Positions 39,128-53,124 of a stretch of DNA of 64,000 bases are shown one piece after another. A model generated the notes under the pieces. The model was given only the letters and a program-made list of their open reading frames with translations, did no database searches and was not told the DNA's origin. Location of the stretch: the NCBI GenBank assembly GCA_045837725.1, contig JBEWZL010000066.1:434001-498000 (forward strand), written 5' to 3'. The stretch comes from Vermamoeba vermiformis (taxonomy: Eukaryota). The translations under genes and the position numbers were made by a program. The number at the start of each line of letters is the position of its first letter. Positions within the stretch are counted from its first letter, which is position 1.

Positions 39128-40039
39128 GTTCTTCTTGCGTTAAGTGGAGTGGCGTTATATTAAAATTTACAAATAAATAATAATTTATTCAATTTTGTGC
39201 ATAATTCTTTGCAGCGTTGAGATCAGATCCGGTGTCAAACCAAAAATAATCCTGCCTTTTGTTGCGAACACAACTAAACACAATACGACAAATAACAAAA
39301 TCTTGTCTGATGTTGTGTGTTGTTTCGCACAATTTCAAACATACCTATTTTCGCGTTTCGCTTTTTCAGAAGAAGGTCAACTCAATGGTCCCTTGTGAAA
39401 CGCTTTTTGAGGGGATGCATCCGCCCAAATCTTAAGGTCATGCAATAATGCGAACCATCTATGCTTTACTATATATTGGTCAGCATTGCCACGGAGGTAA
39501 TACACTTTTATTTCAAAATTGCGCGAATTGTCGGCATGGTTGGATGACTGGATGCACTTTCTCCAATCCAATCTATAGCCAAAGGCAAGTTTTACATAGG
39601 TTTAATAATGTTTATCTTACTAATTAAATAAATAAAAGGGGGTTTGATTTTGTCGTCGATCGGATTTATCTCTATTAGTGGTCGAGTAAGCCTCAAATTA
39701 ACCCGCGTACATTAACATAATATACGACTTTAAACGTATACATTATACATTGCAGCGTGTATTAAATTCAGAATTACTCGGATCTGGTTGTTTTCGCGTT
39801 TACGATTTTTCGGTGATGGTTCGTCGCAGTAAACTTGCAATCGGAAATAAGTTTCTTGACGCCTTGACTGTATTCGGAATAACCACAATGTGATACGTTG
39901 CGAGGTACATGGTACAAAAATCAAAGTGGATCATAGCCCTTAAGTCTTTCCTACACCATTATTTCCAAAGTCTAACCAGTTAGACTGTCTGGACTTAATT
40001 TAATATTTACTAAGGATAACAATAACAATATGCTAGCAT

Positions 40040-42421
40040 TTACAATTTTGAGTGCAATTTGGGTACATCCGAGGCCTTGACGCGACCAATAACGGTGTCA
40101 GGAGCATACTTCTCAATAACATCAGGCTTGTGAAGCATGTTGAATTCTTCAGTAGCATCGCGACCAGCGTAGATCAAGATGGCCTTCTTGCCTCCCGGGT
40201 GATCCTTCAAGAACTTGGTCACATCCAACACTTGACCGTTGATGATGACCCAGCAGTCGTCGTCCTTGTTGTGCTTAGCGACCTCCTCCAAGCTGTATTC
40301 CTTGTGACGGTCAGCAGCGGGGGCAGCAGAAGGTGATTGTTGAGCGAGTTGAGGGTTTTGTTCGCCAACGGGCAAGGCAGAGGGGCCAGAAACAGCGCCT
40401 TGTTGGTTGTTCCAAGTGAATTCGAGCGTGAACTTGTCCTTAGAGGGCAACACAGTGACCTTGAAGTCACCATTGCCAGCACCACTGACGCCTTGGCCGC
40501 CCTTGTTGATCAAATGGCTGAACAAGTAGCGAGCAGCAGTGGCTCCGGCAACACGACCGAAGACGACGCAACCAAGCAACGAGCTGCCACCGAGACGGTT
40601 AGCACCGTGGACACCACCAGCGACTTCACCAGCAGCGAAGAGACCAGGGATGAGGTTGCGGTTGTTGTTGTTCAAGACCTCGCATTCAGGGTTGATTTCC
40701 AAACCACCCATGCAGAAGTGCAACACGGGGGTGACAATGCTGACGTAGAACTCGTCGTTCATCTTGAAGGGCAAGTTGTGGAAGTATTTCTTGCCGAAGG
40801 GGTCCTTGTTGGCCTTGGCACCTTCGTTGTACTTGTTGAAGGTCTCAGAGAGGACTTGAGGCGAGATACCCATCTCCTTGGCCAAAGCCTCACCACTCTC
40901 GAATCTCTTCATCAAGCCGCGGCCCATGTAGTGCTTGCAGTGCCATTCGATTTCTTTGCCACCAGCACCGTTCAAAATCAATCTGTAAGGACCCTTGTTG
41001 CGCTTCCACATCTCACCAGTGACGTAATCGCGGTGACCCAATTCGTCAGCGAATCTGAGGCCGTCACGGTCGACCAAGAGACCACCAACACCACGGAGAG
41101 CCTCAGCGGCCAAGAACTTGACTTTAGCGTCAGGCTCCTTAGGGTCGACGAGACCGGTCGGATGTACTTGAACCTTCTCGAGGTCAACAGCATTGCAGCC
41201 AACAGCCAAACCCATCTTGATACCGTCACCAGTGCTGTAGTCACCGTTAGTGGTGGGCAAGTCGTAAATGTCGGGTCTGTATTTCTTCAACAAAGAGCTG
41301 TCAGTGAAATCCGCAGCGTAACCACCAGTAGCCAAAACAACAGGGCCGTGTTCCTTGCCCTTAGTACCGTTCTCGACGTGTTCAGTCCTGTAGTAACGAT
41401 ATTGATTAGAATTGTTGTTAAGAAAGATTTGATTGGTCAGAAAGTCGTGCGAGGTCGCGCAGATCGAATGAAAAAAATGAATTTCTACGGCATTGTCTAT
41501 TAATTTAGCCGTATTAAGAATAATTCCATAATATTGGCATCAATGTGTGTACGAAGAAAGAATTACGAACGAAATTGAAAGTAGTCCTGATCGTGCAACG
41601 GCTAGTAGGTGCATCCAAAATTTTTCCATTCAATTACGCAGACAAAAATAGCGAAAATTCTTATAATATAATAAAACTTACTCGACACCGACGACGGTTC
41701 CGTTGTTATCCTTGATCAAACCAGTAACGCGGGTCTTAACCAAGATGCGAGCGCGATTGGGATGACTTTTGGCGATATCTTCCAATTTCTCCATCAAAGC
41801 GTAAGTGATGGTCATACCAGGGAAGCGTTCACCACCACGGTGAGTACGAGGGAATGAGTGGCCACCAAGACGAGAAACCTTGGACAGATCCAACTTGAAC
41901 TTGGTTTGCAACCATTCGACGGCGGGACCACTGTTGCCGGTAAGAACTTGAATAAGCTCGGGGCGAGCAAGCTCACGAGCAGATTTCATAGTGTCCTCGA
42001 AGAAAGCATCGACGCTATCCTACAAATTTAAATATTGTTAGGTCAGATTCAGCGCGGAAAGGCAAGCAGAAGAAATTTCCTTTGAATTGCAGAAAAGATT
42101 TTTATTATAAATAATATGTGGGTAGGAGAATATAAAAGTACTAGTGGCGATAGTAATTGAAACTAATTTGATTTATAATTTTTAAATTTTCATAAAATAG
42201 CATCCACATATTCTCGCATTAGCGGCTTTATTTACCTTGATGCCGGCCTTGATTTGAGTCTTAGTCAAAGCACCGTTGATGCCGGAAGTAGCCTTGGTGG
42301 AGTTACCTCCCATGAAGGAGGACTTCTCGATGACGAGAACATTGCCTCCGTGTTCCAAGACGGTGTGGGCAGCAGAGAGACCAGCAAGGCCTCCACCGAC
42401 GATGATGATTTGGTTAGACAT
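40040..42421 (-). CDS. osm1: Soluble fumarate reductase flavoprotein (Osm1/Frd1-like) fused to a C-terminal cytochrome b5 heme domain
   Basis: IIVGGGLAGL, GGNSTKATSGING, RLGGHSFPRTH, VQVHPTG, AEALRG, HFCMGG, HGANRLGGSSL. b5 domain VAKHNKDDDCWV...HPGG...AGRDATEEFNMLH. Confidence 0.95.
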
Positions 42422-42938
42422 ATTGTTATCTGTAAGAAAGTAAGGATAAAAGTGATAAATGAAACGTCGCTAATTTTTAGGTCCGATCACAATGTGGGAA
42501 ATACCAAAGCACCGTGCACTTTGTGGATATTATTGCTAAACATAGAACAACGATATGTGATAGCATCTTTTACTGGCACTTATGATGCAATCAAGATTAT
42601 TAGAAGAACGCAATCATTTGACAGATACGATGTGGGAACTACAGCTTTGCAGAAGGAGAAATATTATTATTATCATTTAAATAATTAATATACATGCGGT
42701 ACGTTATCATGACACGAATTGATTCTCGTTATGGGCTGTGTCAAATTGAAATCCGATTTTCGATACCGAATTAATTCCGACGGCAAATTAACGCGATACG
42801 ACATTACTTTTGCGATGCGACCAAGTACTACGGTTAGCGTCGACCTAGTCAAATTATAAAGTTGGTTGCAACTCGAGCACGAGATCACGCTGCAATATCG
42901 TAGCATAATTTCCAGCTTTGTTACATTATTTATTTACA

Positions 42939-45900
42939 TCAGTTTTTGGCAATTTTTTTCTGCGTATTTTGCCTTGGGTCGTATTGCATTGATATTGCAT
43001 AGGCTTCATTGTCGGAGATCGGATCCGAGCTAAGGACCTTTGTTAGAGCCAGTTTTACCGTTACAAGAATACCTTACCTTAATTGTACGTCCAAATATTG
43101 CAGTACGGGCATGGCAGGCGCAATGTTGTGAGCCACGCGTTGATAATTAAGCAACTCGTTAATAATGCCAGCCACGATAATGTTGCGCGTAAAGTTGATC
43201 TTTCCATTCATAAATACTGGGTTGCCTTCTTCAGCATACGTTAGATCCGTCAAGTACATTCCCAAGAACGGGATCAGCGGCACTGGTGCAGATCTCATCA
43301 GTTGCCTATTGCTCGGTTAATCGAGGTTTCAAGGCACGTTGTTTAGAATTAACAAACCTTAAACCGGCCCAGTTATTTTCATTTAGCTTTCGAAGCCTAT
43401 CCAATGAGGTAAGTTGTGTCTTGTCGATTTCCTGAAATGGTAATTCAGATTGATGAGCGGGAATGAGCTTAGCAGTAACAATATTTTGACGTACCTTCCA
43501 AGCAGTCCGTAACCGTGAAATGGAAGCGTTGTCTAATGCCGCCATTACAGCTACCATCGTGTCAAAGTTGTTGATCGACACGCATTCTTCGGCCATTTGC
43601 ACGACTTTTCTCAACGCTTCAACACGCTTGTCAAGTTGATCAAACGATAGAATGGTACGTATCAGCCAACTGCTAATCGAGTTTGAGTGATTGATGAGTG
43701 CTAAGACTTGCGGTGAAGTTTTAGCCTTATCACTCTTAGTCCACGCTTGATTGAACAATTCTTCAGCCTTGATCGCTTGAAAGAGGTCTGAGCTCAATAT
43801 GGTCAATTGACTGATCATCTCTTTGGCAGTGAGGGCATTGAAAACTGCGAGTGGGTCTTCGTTGACGTTCAGAGCTGATAACGAGGTCTTCGCGACGAGA
43901 TTGGTGCCACCAACGATTGTATTCAACTTGCGGACTTGTGCTCGTCGTTCTAATTTCTAAACGGTTGAGGGTTGATTAGTAAAATAGATGACGCAAGTAA
44001 TGAGGTTGTACCTTAGTAGTGAAGCTGGACATGAGTGCATTGGCGTACTGTTCGCCCTCGATCTCGCTGACTGGACCTTTAATGAACTCTTCAAATGTGT
44101 GCTCGAACTCTCTGTTATCAAATTCGACGAAGTATTTCTCGATCCAGCTCTTGATCAGACTTAAAACCCTGTGCCAAATATAAGCTTAGGCTACAAGGTT
44201 TGGTATTCACTTACCTTGATCTCACGGGTATCTGTTTCTCAATACGAATTTCTGCAAGTTGATCATCGCTCAGATCTTTTTCTACAGGTGTGATGCAGTA
44301 GCGTTCAATCAACTTGTACAGTAATTCTATTGAGGTCAGGAAGTTCTTGTAGCTCAATAAGAACGCATCACGCACTTTGAGATCTGTTTCAGATTAGAAC
44401 TGACGCTTGTAGCACGACGTATTATATTCTTACCGTCAAATCTATTGCCAGTAATGTCGCGGATCAGTTCGTCAATGCTCGAAACACGGATCTGTGGCAC
44501 TGCATAGCCCGAGGATGGGCGTTGCGTTTTTGTAACGAGATTTGAGGCTGAAGTGGTTTTAGTCACTGGTGCTGAGGACGGTGTTTGACGGGGTTCTGAT
44601 TCTATGTCTGACATGCGCACACCGAAAATGTACTAAGAAATTGTTAGGCGTGATGGGCACAATAGTTGGGATGACATTACCTCAAAAGATGAAACCTCCG
44701 TGGTGAACAATCCGTGGAGTTTCTGTACGCCTTTCATAAACGCGTTATTCTTCCTGGTGAGTTCTTGCAAGATGTCCTCAATTGTTTCATCAATTTCACT
44801 CATGTTGCTCTGGTTGATCGAGTCGTTGATCAGTATCGATGTCAATTGATCGAGCGGCTCTGCAAACGCGTTCATCAAAATACGCAACTCTTCGCGTGCC
44901 CGAATACGTTCGGCGAACAAATCACTGTCTTTCTGCACGGTATAGCTTATTAAAACATGGTCGATAGAGTTAAAGGGTCTGGGTTTAGGGTTACCTTCAA
45001 CGTTTCTAAAAGTTTCTTGCTGGACGCAATTTCCTTCTTCATCATGCTAGAAATACTGTCCATGTGACTGTTGTGCAATTTCAACATCTTCGATAGTGAT
45101 AGCGCGTGCTCAACCTAAAGGTGAAGAGTCAAAACAACGTAGTTATGCAATGAGTTGGTGCATGGAACATACCACGTGGGCAATCTTTTGAATGGTGACG
45201 ATTCTATTGGTTACAACTTCATGGTGCGCAGGCTCCACAATCATGCTCTTTCGAAGTGGCTTTATAATATCAAAGTGGGTCTTACGACTGCTCGCCAGTT
45301 TGGCTTCGATTTGCTCGGTCATGTTGAACGTGTCAAGAGCATCAATCGACTGCTTCTTTCGCTTTTTGTTTCTTGTTAGTCTTTGTGTCAAGACAGTATC
45401 GTCATCTTGACTCAGTGAAGCGCTGTCGCGTTTGATGGATCTCTTGCGAATGTTTGATTCGGATTTTGTTTGGATAAGATTGGCTTTTCGGCCACTATTC
45501 GGAGATTCCGGTGCCGTTAACTTTGGGTCGCTATTTTTTCTTAGTCTCAGCTTGGTTTGTATTTGAAGATTGATTTTCTTCGATCTTTTGAACCATGCTG
45601 CCAACCTTAGAATTGGCGGCACCAACTTTGTGCATGGCAATTGTTGCGCGAGGTTTGTTCAGTAGAGCGGCGTTGGGCTTGACAACCGAAAAGCGATTCT
45701 CGTTGGGAGTGGAAGTGGTCTTCTTAATCAAGGTCGGACTGGTGGAGTTCGTGTTATTGGTTGCGGGGACAGTTTGCTTTTTAGGTGCAGCAGCAGTCTG
45801 GGTGGTGGTTTGATCTGTCGTTGCTGCCATTGGGATTAATCGAGAAGAGGCATTTCCGAGGAGCTCTGACACTACGCGCAGCATATGAACTTGTCGGCCA

Positions 45901-48064
45901 ACAAACTCAGTCGGATCTGACCTCGTAGCTGACCAGTCATAACGTTGATTGTTCAACTCAGCCTGGTGAGTTAACATGATTAGCCAAGTGATTGCTATAT
46001 AGAGTAAAATACGCACAGAGAGCTCCATGAGTTGTTTTTGAACGGATATAGAAGTATCTGCCATTTCTTTAATGGTCAGCGAAATTTTCTCGCGAATGCC
46101 TTTCTCTTTGTCAATCTCAGTTTCAGCGACCTTTGATTTGATTTCCAGTCTCGTTCTCTCGGCGTTGAGATTGGCGATACGGATGTTGACTTTGTTAGCG
46201 ACCTTTTGCTTCATTTTGAAACCTAATAAAGAGGCATGAGTAGAGTTACGAACGAGATCTAGTGAGAGTCTTACCAGCGAATAGACCACCGAACTCTGTG
46301 GCCGACAGGGTTTTAGCAAGTTCTTCGGGGTCTCGTCCTTCGTTGTTTTTAGCGCTTAATACTTCACTTGGCGCGTACTTGAGCAGCAGTCGCACGGTCT
46401 CGAACGAGTCACTCATAACACCGTAGTGCAACGGCGTGTCACCGTTTCTATTAAGTCAGTCAGAAATGAAAGTTCACGCGTTCGACGGACGTACAATGTC
46501 TTTTTCATCATGTCACCACCGTCGTTAATGATGTACTGAATGGCCAGATTGTTGGCTCTGAATGCCGCAGCATGAAGAGCAGTCTCGCCGGCGTTATTTT
46601 GGTGATTGATATCGACCCCTATTGAAAAGTTAGTAGTTATTTGATGCGGGAGTTGCGAATGGATCTGACCTTGCGACTTCATCTGATAGAGCAGCGTGTC
46701 TATTAATGCCGAGTATACATCTACTTGTTGTTCTTTAGGAATAATCTTTGCAAGTCTAATCAGTACAATGTTGTTGTCGGCATCTGTAAGAACTGTTTTG
46801 ATCGTGCCGCTTGAAAGCAACTTCTTCGCAATGCCAAAGTTGCCTATTGATGAAAAGTTGAATAACGCAATGACACAATAGTAATAGTATTATTATTTTA
46901 CCTTCGTTTATAGCAGCAAATATCGGATTGATTCGACTTTTGTCGTTCGACAAGTACTTGTTTATATCGAGCTTCAACGTGTTCATTTGACTAATGATGT
47001 ATTCGACGATATTCTCATAGTCTAGTAACACGAGTATGAGTATTTATAATGGTTGAATGCCCTAAAATAAAAATACGTACTTTTTTCGCACGCAGTCAAT
47101 AAGACTTTCAGCAGTTGTTGCTCGCTCAGTGAGAATATGGTCGCTGTAATAGCATAGCTGTCAGTTTGATGTAATAGTATTAAGCCCGAATATTTTGTAG
47201 CACGTACTGTGCAGCAAGGCAGACACGAAGGAATTTAGCCGTTTTGGAACGGTTAGTGCTTTAGCGTCATTAGCATTAGCTGTTTTATAAAATTTCTTCG
47301 CAATTTCTTCTCTGTTCGTTAGTAGTGCCAAAAATAATGGCGTATCTCCTTCTCTGTATAAAACAAAGATTAGAATACAATGGATCAGTCAATCAATCAA
47401 TTCAATGTAACTCGTACTTATTTTGAATGTTCATATCGGCTTTATGTTTCAATAGTGAAGCAATAGCTACCGTATTAATGTCGTGCAACAGGGACTCGTG
47501 AAGTGCGGTATTGCCAAATTTGTTAATAGAATTAACGTCGAGGCCTGACAATCGAATTAAGAAAATGTGATATGAGTAATAACATTTTCGAATATAGGCG
47601 ACTTACCACTCGCAAGCAAAGCTGAGATCGCATCCTTGAATTTTCGTCGATCGCGCGGTTGTTTGCGAACGAGGATATGTAACAAAGTATTGGCATTGTC
47701 GGTTGTGATGTCAATTTTCGTACGGTCGTCTTTTAATAGCTGAAGGAACACCGATATTTGGCCTGATTAATTAAAAATTAATTAAGAAAATTAATTGCAC
47801 CATTTGCGTTGAACGCAGGTGGAAATTGAATTTTTACCTTTCCTTAGAGCCACAATAACAGCAGGTTGATCATTTTGATCTCGTAGATTCGGATCAATCT
47901 TTTTTTCTTTCAATAATTGCTTTACCGTTTGGTCGTCGCCTAATAATTGATAAATAATGCTGCGCGAGTATATTTACTAACTAACCATCTTGCAGCGCCG
48001 TCCAGAATTGCGTTTCGGTTGGCAATGAAATATTAACTGCACTTTTTGGCGCGATCTGCGACAT
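42939..48064 (-). CDS. Ankyrin-repeat, coiled-coil, RasGEF (REM + CDC25) protein; apparent +1 frame break at about 45531-45540
   Basis: Ankyrin exons (NTLLHILV, GNTALHES, GETALHAAA, GDTPLHYGV). REM-like LRVLSLIKSWIEKYF. CDC25 segments INNFDTMVAVMAAL, ISRLRTAW and PLIPFLGMYLTDLTYAEEGNP. Confidence 0.88.
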
Positions 48065-48308
48065 TCTATTATGTTACCACATTCGCTTAGACACACACGA
48101 AACAAATTATTCGCGCATATGGAATGTACATCAAAGTACACAAGTGACGCATGTTGACAGTTTAAATGATTGCAAAATTTCATTCAGTTCCCACACAAAA
48201 TCTCGGCGTGAGGTTTGGGGGTGCAGACCTACAAAACAATTCGTTGCAAGTAAAAAATTCCAATCGTAGAGTAGATGAGCATATCCAACAAGCAAGTTTT
48301 GCGCACAA

Positions 48309-51300
48309 ATGTCGGAAAGTAGCTCGAGTAGTAGCTCGAGAGAACAGCTACCGCTATCGAACGAAGAGCAAGCACCGAGTTTAACTAAGTAGTCAAGTAC
48401 CTTTAATTCAATCCATTGAGCGTACAGACGCTGCTGTAGAACCAGCTGTTCAAAAGGTAATGGAGATCAACAATTACGCGTCACGGTTGCGATTAATTGA
48501 TTAAAATTTTAAAATCATTTAATTGTAAATTTGATGAGCTTAATAGCATTAACGTGCTATTATCCTCGTTATTAAAAAATCAGGCGTGATTAGATCTTGA
48601 TCAGAAGCAATAATTAACCACCACGTTCTTTGCGTTTAGAAGAAATACAAAGTATACGTCAATGAGCCTGCAGACCCATCAGATAAAGTGGAAGTGAGCT
48701 CGGACAAAATACACCGAAAGCGTTGTCTCAGATGCCTTCAAGCAGTCAAGATCGTACCACGAGTGAAGAAAAATGCCATTAGAACCTCTCGATACACAGG
48801 TGTTAATTATTTTCCTTGGGTAAGCACGCTATTTGATGGATAGATACGCGTTCACAAATCCTTTCAGTTTTTCCACGATCGTGTGCTTCCAACGAGTGTG
48901 CACGCTATTGCAGAGATGTCTCAGTTTCTTGGTAATGTACTAAATATTGATACAGGTCCTTGCAAGACAATTTCGAAGACCTGCCAACGTTTTCTTCTTA
49001 GCAGTCATGATTATAACATTTACTCCTGTTTCTCCGTTGGATCCAGTCACGTGGACAGCCTTCTTCCTACTCGTATTATTAGCCTCAGTATTGAAAGAAG
49101 GAATAGAAGACATTGTAAGTCTCTTTGTTAGCTAAATTTTCCTTATTTGGAAATTCGTCGTAACACGAGCGTTTATTTAGATCCGCCACCAAAATGATAA
49201 AAAAGTCAATCACAGGCCAATTTCGGCGTGGCGCAATGGCGAAGAGATTCGCACACGATGGGCCAAGTTAATTCCGGGCGATATTCTGAAGGTGCGTGAT
49301 GGCGATGAAATTCCCGCTGATTTGATCGTGCTGTCAACATCGCAAAAGAACGGTCAGTGCTACGTATCTACTGTCAACTTGGACGGGTAAGCATTCGTCA
49401 TACTTGGTGTTGCAATACATTTTGAAACAGTACACAAAGGATTTTTTTGTAACCTAATTGCGATTTAGTGAATCAGCGTTGAAAACTCGTCAAGCGGTGA
49501 AAACTACGCACCCGTACAGCGAAGAGAATTTGGTCAATGCCAAAATGATATTGGCTGTCGATGATCCTTCACCGTCATTGACTTCGTTCAGCGGGTTTAT
49601 TCAAGCATCAGACGCAGATGCACGGACTGAAAGAAGTGCTTTGGACTTGAACAACGTGCTGTTGCGAGTAAGTTAGCGTTAAGTATCAGATTAAGTGTTC
49701 ATATCTAACAATGATATATAGGGCACTGTACTGAAGAACACCGAGTACGCGTACGGAGTGATCGTCTACGCAGGAAAAAATACCAAGTACTCGCTCAATT
49801 CTAAGTACGTACACGGAGTGTAACGGGCAGTATTATTATGAGGCTAATCTTTTGATTGTCAGGCGAGGTGCAAGCAAGCGAAGTACCGTTGAACAGAGTT
49901 ACGATAAGTATATCATTGGCAATTTAATCGCGCTGGTGGTGGTTGCATTTGCATACGCTGTTTACTCGACAATTTTCCAAGTAAGGGCAGTAATTAATCG
50001 TCAATAGGGTTCTAACATCTTGTTTCAGGACCAAAACTTGGACGCTCACTGGTACTTGCCGGCTGTGACTGACATTCCAGTGTTCGGTGTCTCGATCTTT
50101 TTCACGTACGTTGCATTGTTGGCTGTATTCATTCCGTTGCCGTTGTATGTCACGTTAGAAGTTGTGCGTGCCGGCCAAGTAAGTATTTATAGCGACAGAA
50201 GTCTCGGAACCCTATTAATCTCTTTTAAAGTTCCGTATTTTTGGCTGGGAGAACTATTTATACGATGCCAAGAAAGACTTTAGACCTGTTTCGCGATCGC
50301 TAAATTTGCACGAGGATTTGGGCCAAGTTCAATACATCTTTTCGGACAAGACCGGCACATTGACGAAGAACAAGATGATTTTGCAAGCGTTGAATATTGG
50401 TACTGATTCGTTCTCTAACAACAAGAAGCTTCCTCAATTGGAAGTAGATGACGAATGGAAAGCAATTGCGCCCATCAGAAACAGAAGATTCGAATGGAAC
50501 GACGAAAGTTTGGTGAAGAGACTCAAGGCACTTTCAAAGTCAGACAACTACGATAGAGATCCTTTATACTTGTCGCTGTTGACCATTGTTTTATGCCACT
50601 CTGCAAACGTATTCGACAAGAATGTAGATGAGACTACAGGTAAGTCCTCGTGAGCTCTAGGATAAACCATACTTACCTTTCAGATATCATCTTCCATTCG
50701 AATTCTCCCGACGAGAAGGCATTGCTCGAAGCAGCACAGAATTTTGGATTCTGTTTTATGGCACGCGATTTCGACACCGTCAAATTGAATGTGTTTGGCA
50801 AGGTCGTGCTGTACACGATACTACACACATTGGAGTTCAGCGGAGAGCGCAAGAGAATGTCGGTTATTGTACAGGAAGATGGTGGAAGAATTCTATTGCT
50901 CACCAAAGGAGCTGACGCCGTAGTTTTATCACGTGCTGCAAAGGATCAACCGCTGATCTCCGCCACCGTTGCACAAGACCAAGCCAATAAGATGGGCAAC
51001 GATTGCTTGCGAACATTGGTCCTAGCCTACAAAGAGCTGGAGAGAGATTATTACAATGAGTGGTACAACAATCATTGGAAGCCAAGCATCGAAGACTTTG
51101 CCAACCGACAGTCTATCATTGACAGGGCCTCAGGTACGTCTCTTTAACGCACGGGCACACCAACTAATTGCTATTTCGTACAGAAATCGTGGAGACAGAC
51201 TTACAAATTCTCGGTGTTACTGGTGTCGAAGATGAACTTCAGGACAACGTTCCGTTGACTATTTCTCGCTTGTTGCACGCTGGAATTAAGATTTGGGTCG

Positions 51301-52989
51301 TGGTAAGTGTTCTACGTGCCATTAAAGGCTATAAGCTTAACGTCGTATTATTTCACAGACTGGTGATAAACAAGAAACTGCGTTCAACATCGCCGTGGCA
51401 TGCAATTTGGTGCACGAGTCGAGCACCGTGTTTTTGCACGTCAAATCAGACGAAGAGAAAGGCAATATTTCCACCACATTGGATAAGATCAAGGCATTGC
51501 GAGAAGAATCTCCAGAGGCAGAGTAAGTGATTGGGATCATCTTCGCTAACTCATAAAATGACCTTTATCTCACCTACCAATTATAGAGGTGCGATTGATT
51601 TGTTGGAACACTCTGAGTGGATGGAAAACAGAGCTTCAGTGAAGCGTGTTGGTCTCGTGCTCGATGGCGAGACGTTGGAGTTCTGTCTCGAGCACTACTG
51701 GAAAGAGATTCTGCCGCTGATGACGAAGTGCGACTCGGTCCTCGTTTGTCGTGCTAGCCCTTTGCAAAAAGAGAAGGTCGTTAAGAACGTGAAGAAGTAC
51801 GATAAAGAGGCCGTGGCACTTGCGATCGGCGACGGAGGCAATGACGTGTCGATGTTGCACGCTGCCGATGTTGGCGTTGGTTTGCCTGGCGAGGAGGGCT
51901 CTCAGGCACTCAGTAAGTTGTCTTCATAGTTGACAGCACTAGCTCAATACTCACGTTATCTTTAGTGGCTGCCGATTTCCAAATTGGTCAGTTCGAGCTC
52001 CTGGACGATTTGGTCTTGGTCAAAGGTCGTTACTTCTACCTTCAAATGTGCATCTTTATGTTCTACTTCTGTTATAAGGTAGCATTACTATTACTTTAAT
52101 ACAGAGTGAGATGTTAACGAGATTTTCAGAGTTTGGTTGCAATCATTTGCCGCTTTTTGTACGTTCCTTTCGCGGCTTGGTCTGGCACGAGCTTTTTGAA
52201 CGATCTTGTCGGCTCTTTCTATCAACTTTGTAAGCACTAAGGATCGCCTGCTACTCTAAGTAGCTAATTAATATTCACAATCACAGTATTCACCTCTGTT
52301 CCCATCGTGCTCTCGGGCATGTTTGAAGAAGACATATCGCCGACATGGCTCTTGAAATATCCGCAACTCTACAAAGAATGCGTTAAGAAGATCTACTTTA
52401 ACATTCGGGTGTACTTATTCTGGATGGCGCTTGCTATCTATCAAGGCGTCATATGCTGGGGTGTCTCGATCCTGACGTACAACGAGTCCGCTAGTTCAGA
52501 CGGAAAATACCCAGGACTCATGGGCGAAAGCACGGTGAACATATCATATGTAGTTGTGGTGGCCAATTTGCAGTTGGCTCGTATATTGAAGTAAGTTAAG
52601 GCTCAGGATCAATTAATCCAGATCTAACCTCTTTTCTTAGACGTTGGGTCTATCCTCATCACATTGCAGTTTATGGCTCGATTGTAGCATACGTTATTGT
52701 AACGATCATGTCCTCTTTGTTCCGAAGTAGCGCTCTGCATCTGATCGGACAGTGGATGTTCACGCAACCGACTTTTTACCTGGGTCTTGTGGTTTGCGTT
52801 GTGGCTTGCTTGCTTCCCGAAGTGTTGTTGAGTTACATTCAACGCAACTATTACCCTCGATTGAGCGACATTGTAGCGGAGAAAGAGGTCGTTAATCGTC
52901 ATCGCACAAAAGAGGCAGATGAGCTGGGCGGCGGATGGACTGAATTGACAAAACGCTCAGGCTCCGTCACAAAATTGGATAAGTTGTAA
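48309..52989 (+). CDS. P4-type ATPase (phospholipid flippase)
   Basis: [104 protein letters not shown]. The first exon is less certain. Confidence 0.95.
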
Positions 52990-53124
52990 TATTCTTGCGA
53001 ATTTTCATTAAACTTTGTATTCTATGCGAGCTGAAGCTAATTTCCTTTTTTAGAAAATTTGTAGCGTAATCGTGCGGAGCACCAAAAGTTCATTTTATTC
53101 ATCTGTTGCTACTAACAGCCACAA

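Noticed and set aside
39130-40035. Short ORFs between ABCG and fumarate reductase
   Set aside because: No motifs or coherent exon structure. Likely promoter/UTR.
40337-41503. 388-aa + strand ORF
   Set aside because: It is an antisense shadow of the codon-biased fumarate reductase exon and has no recognisable motifs.
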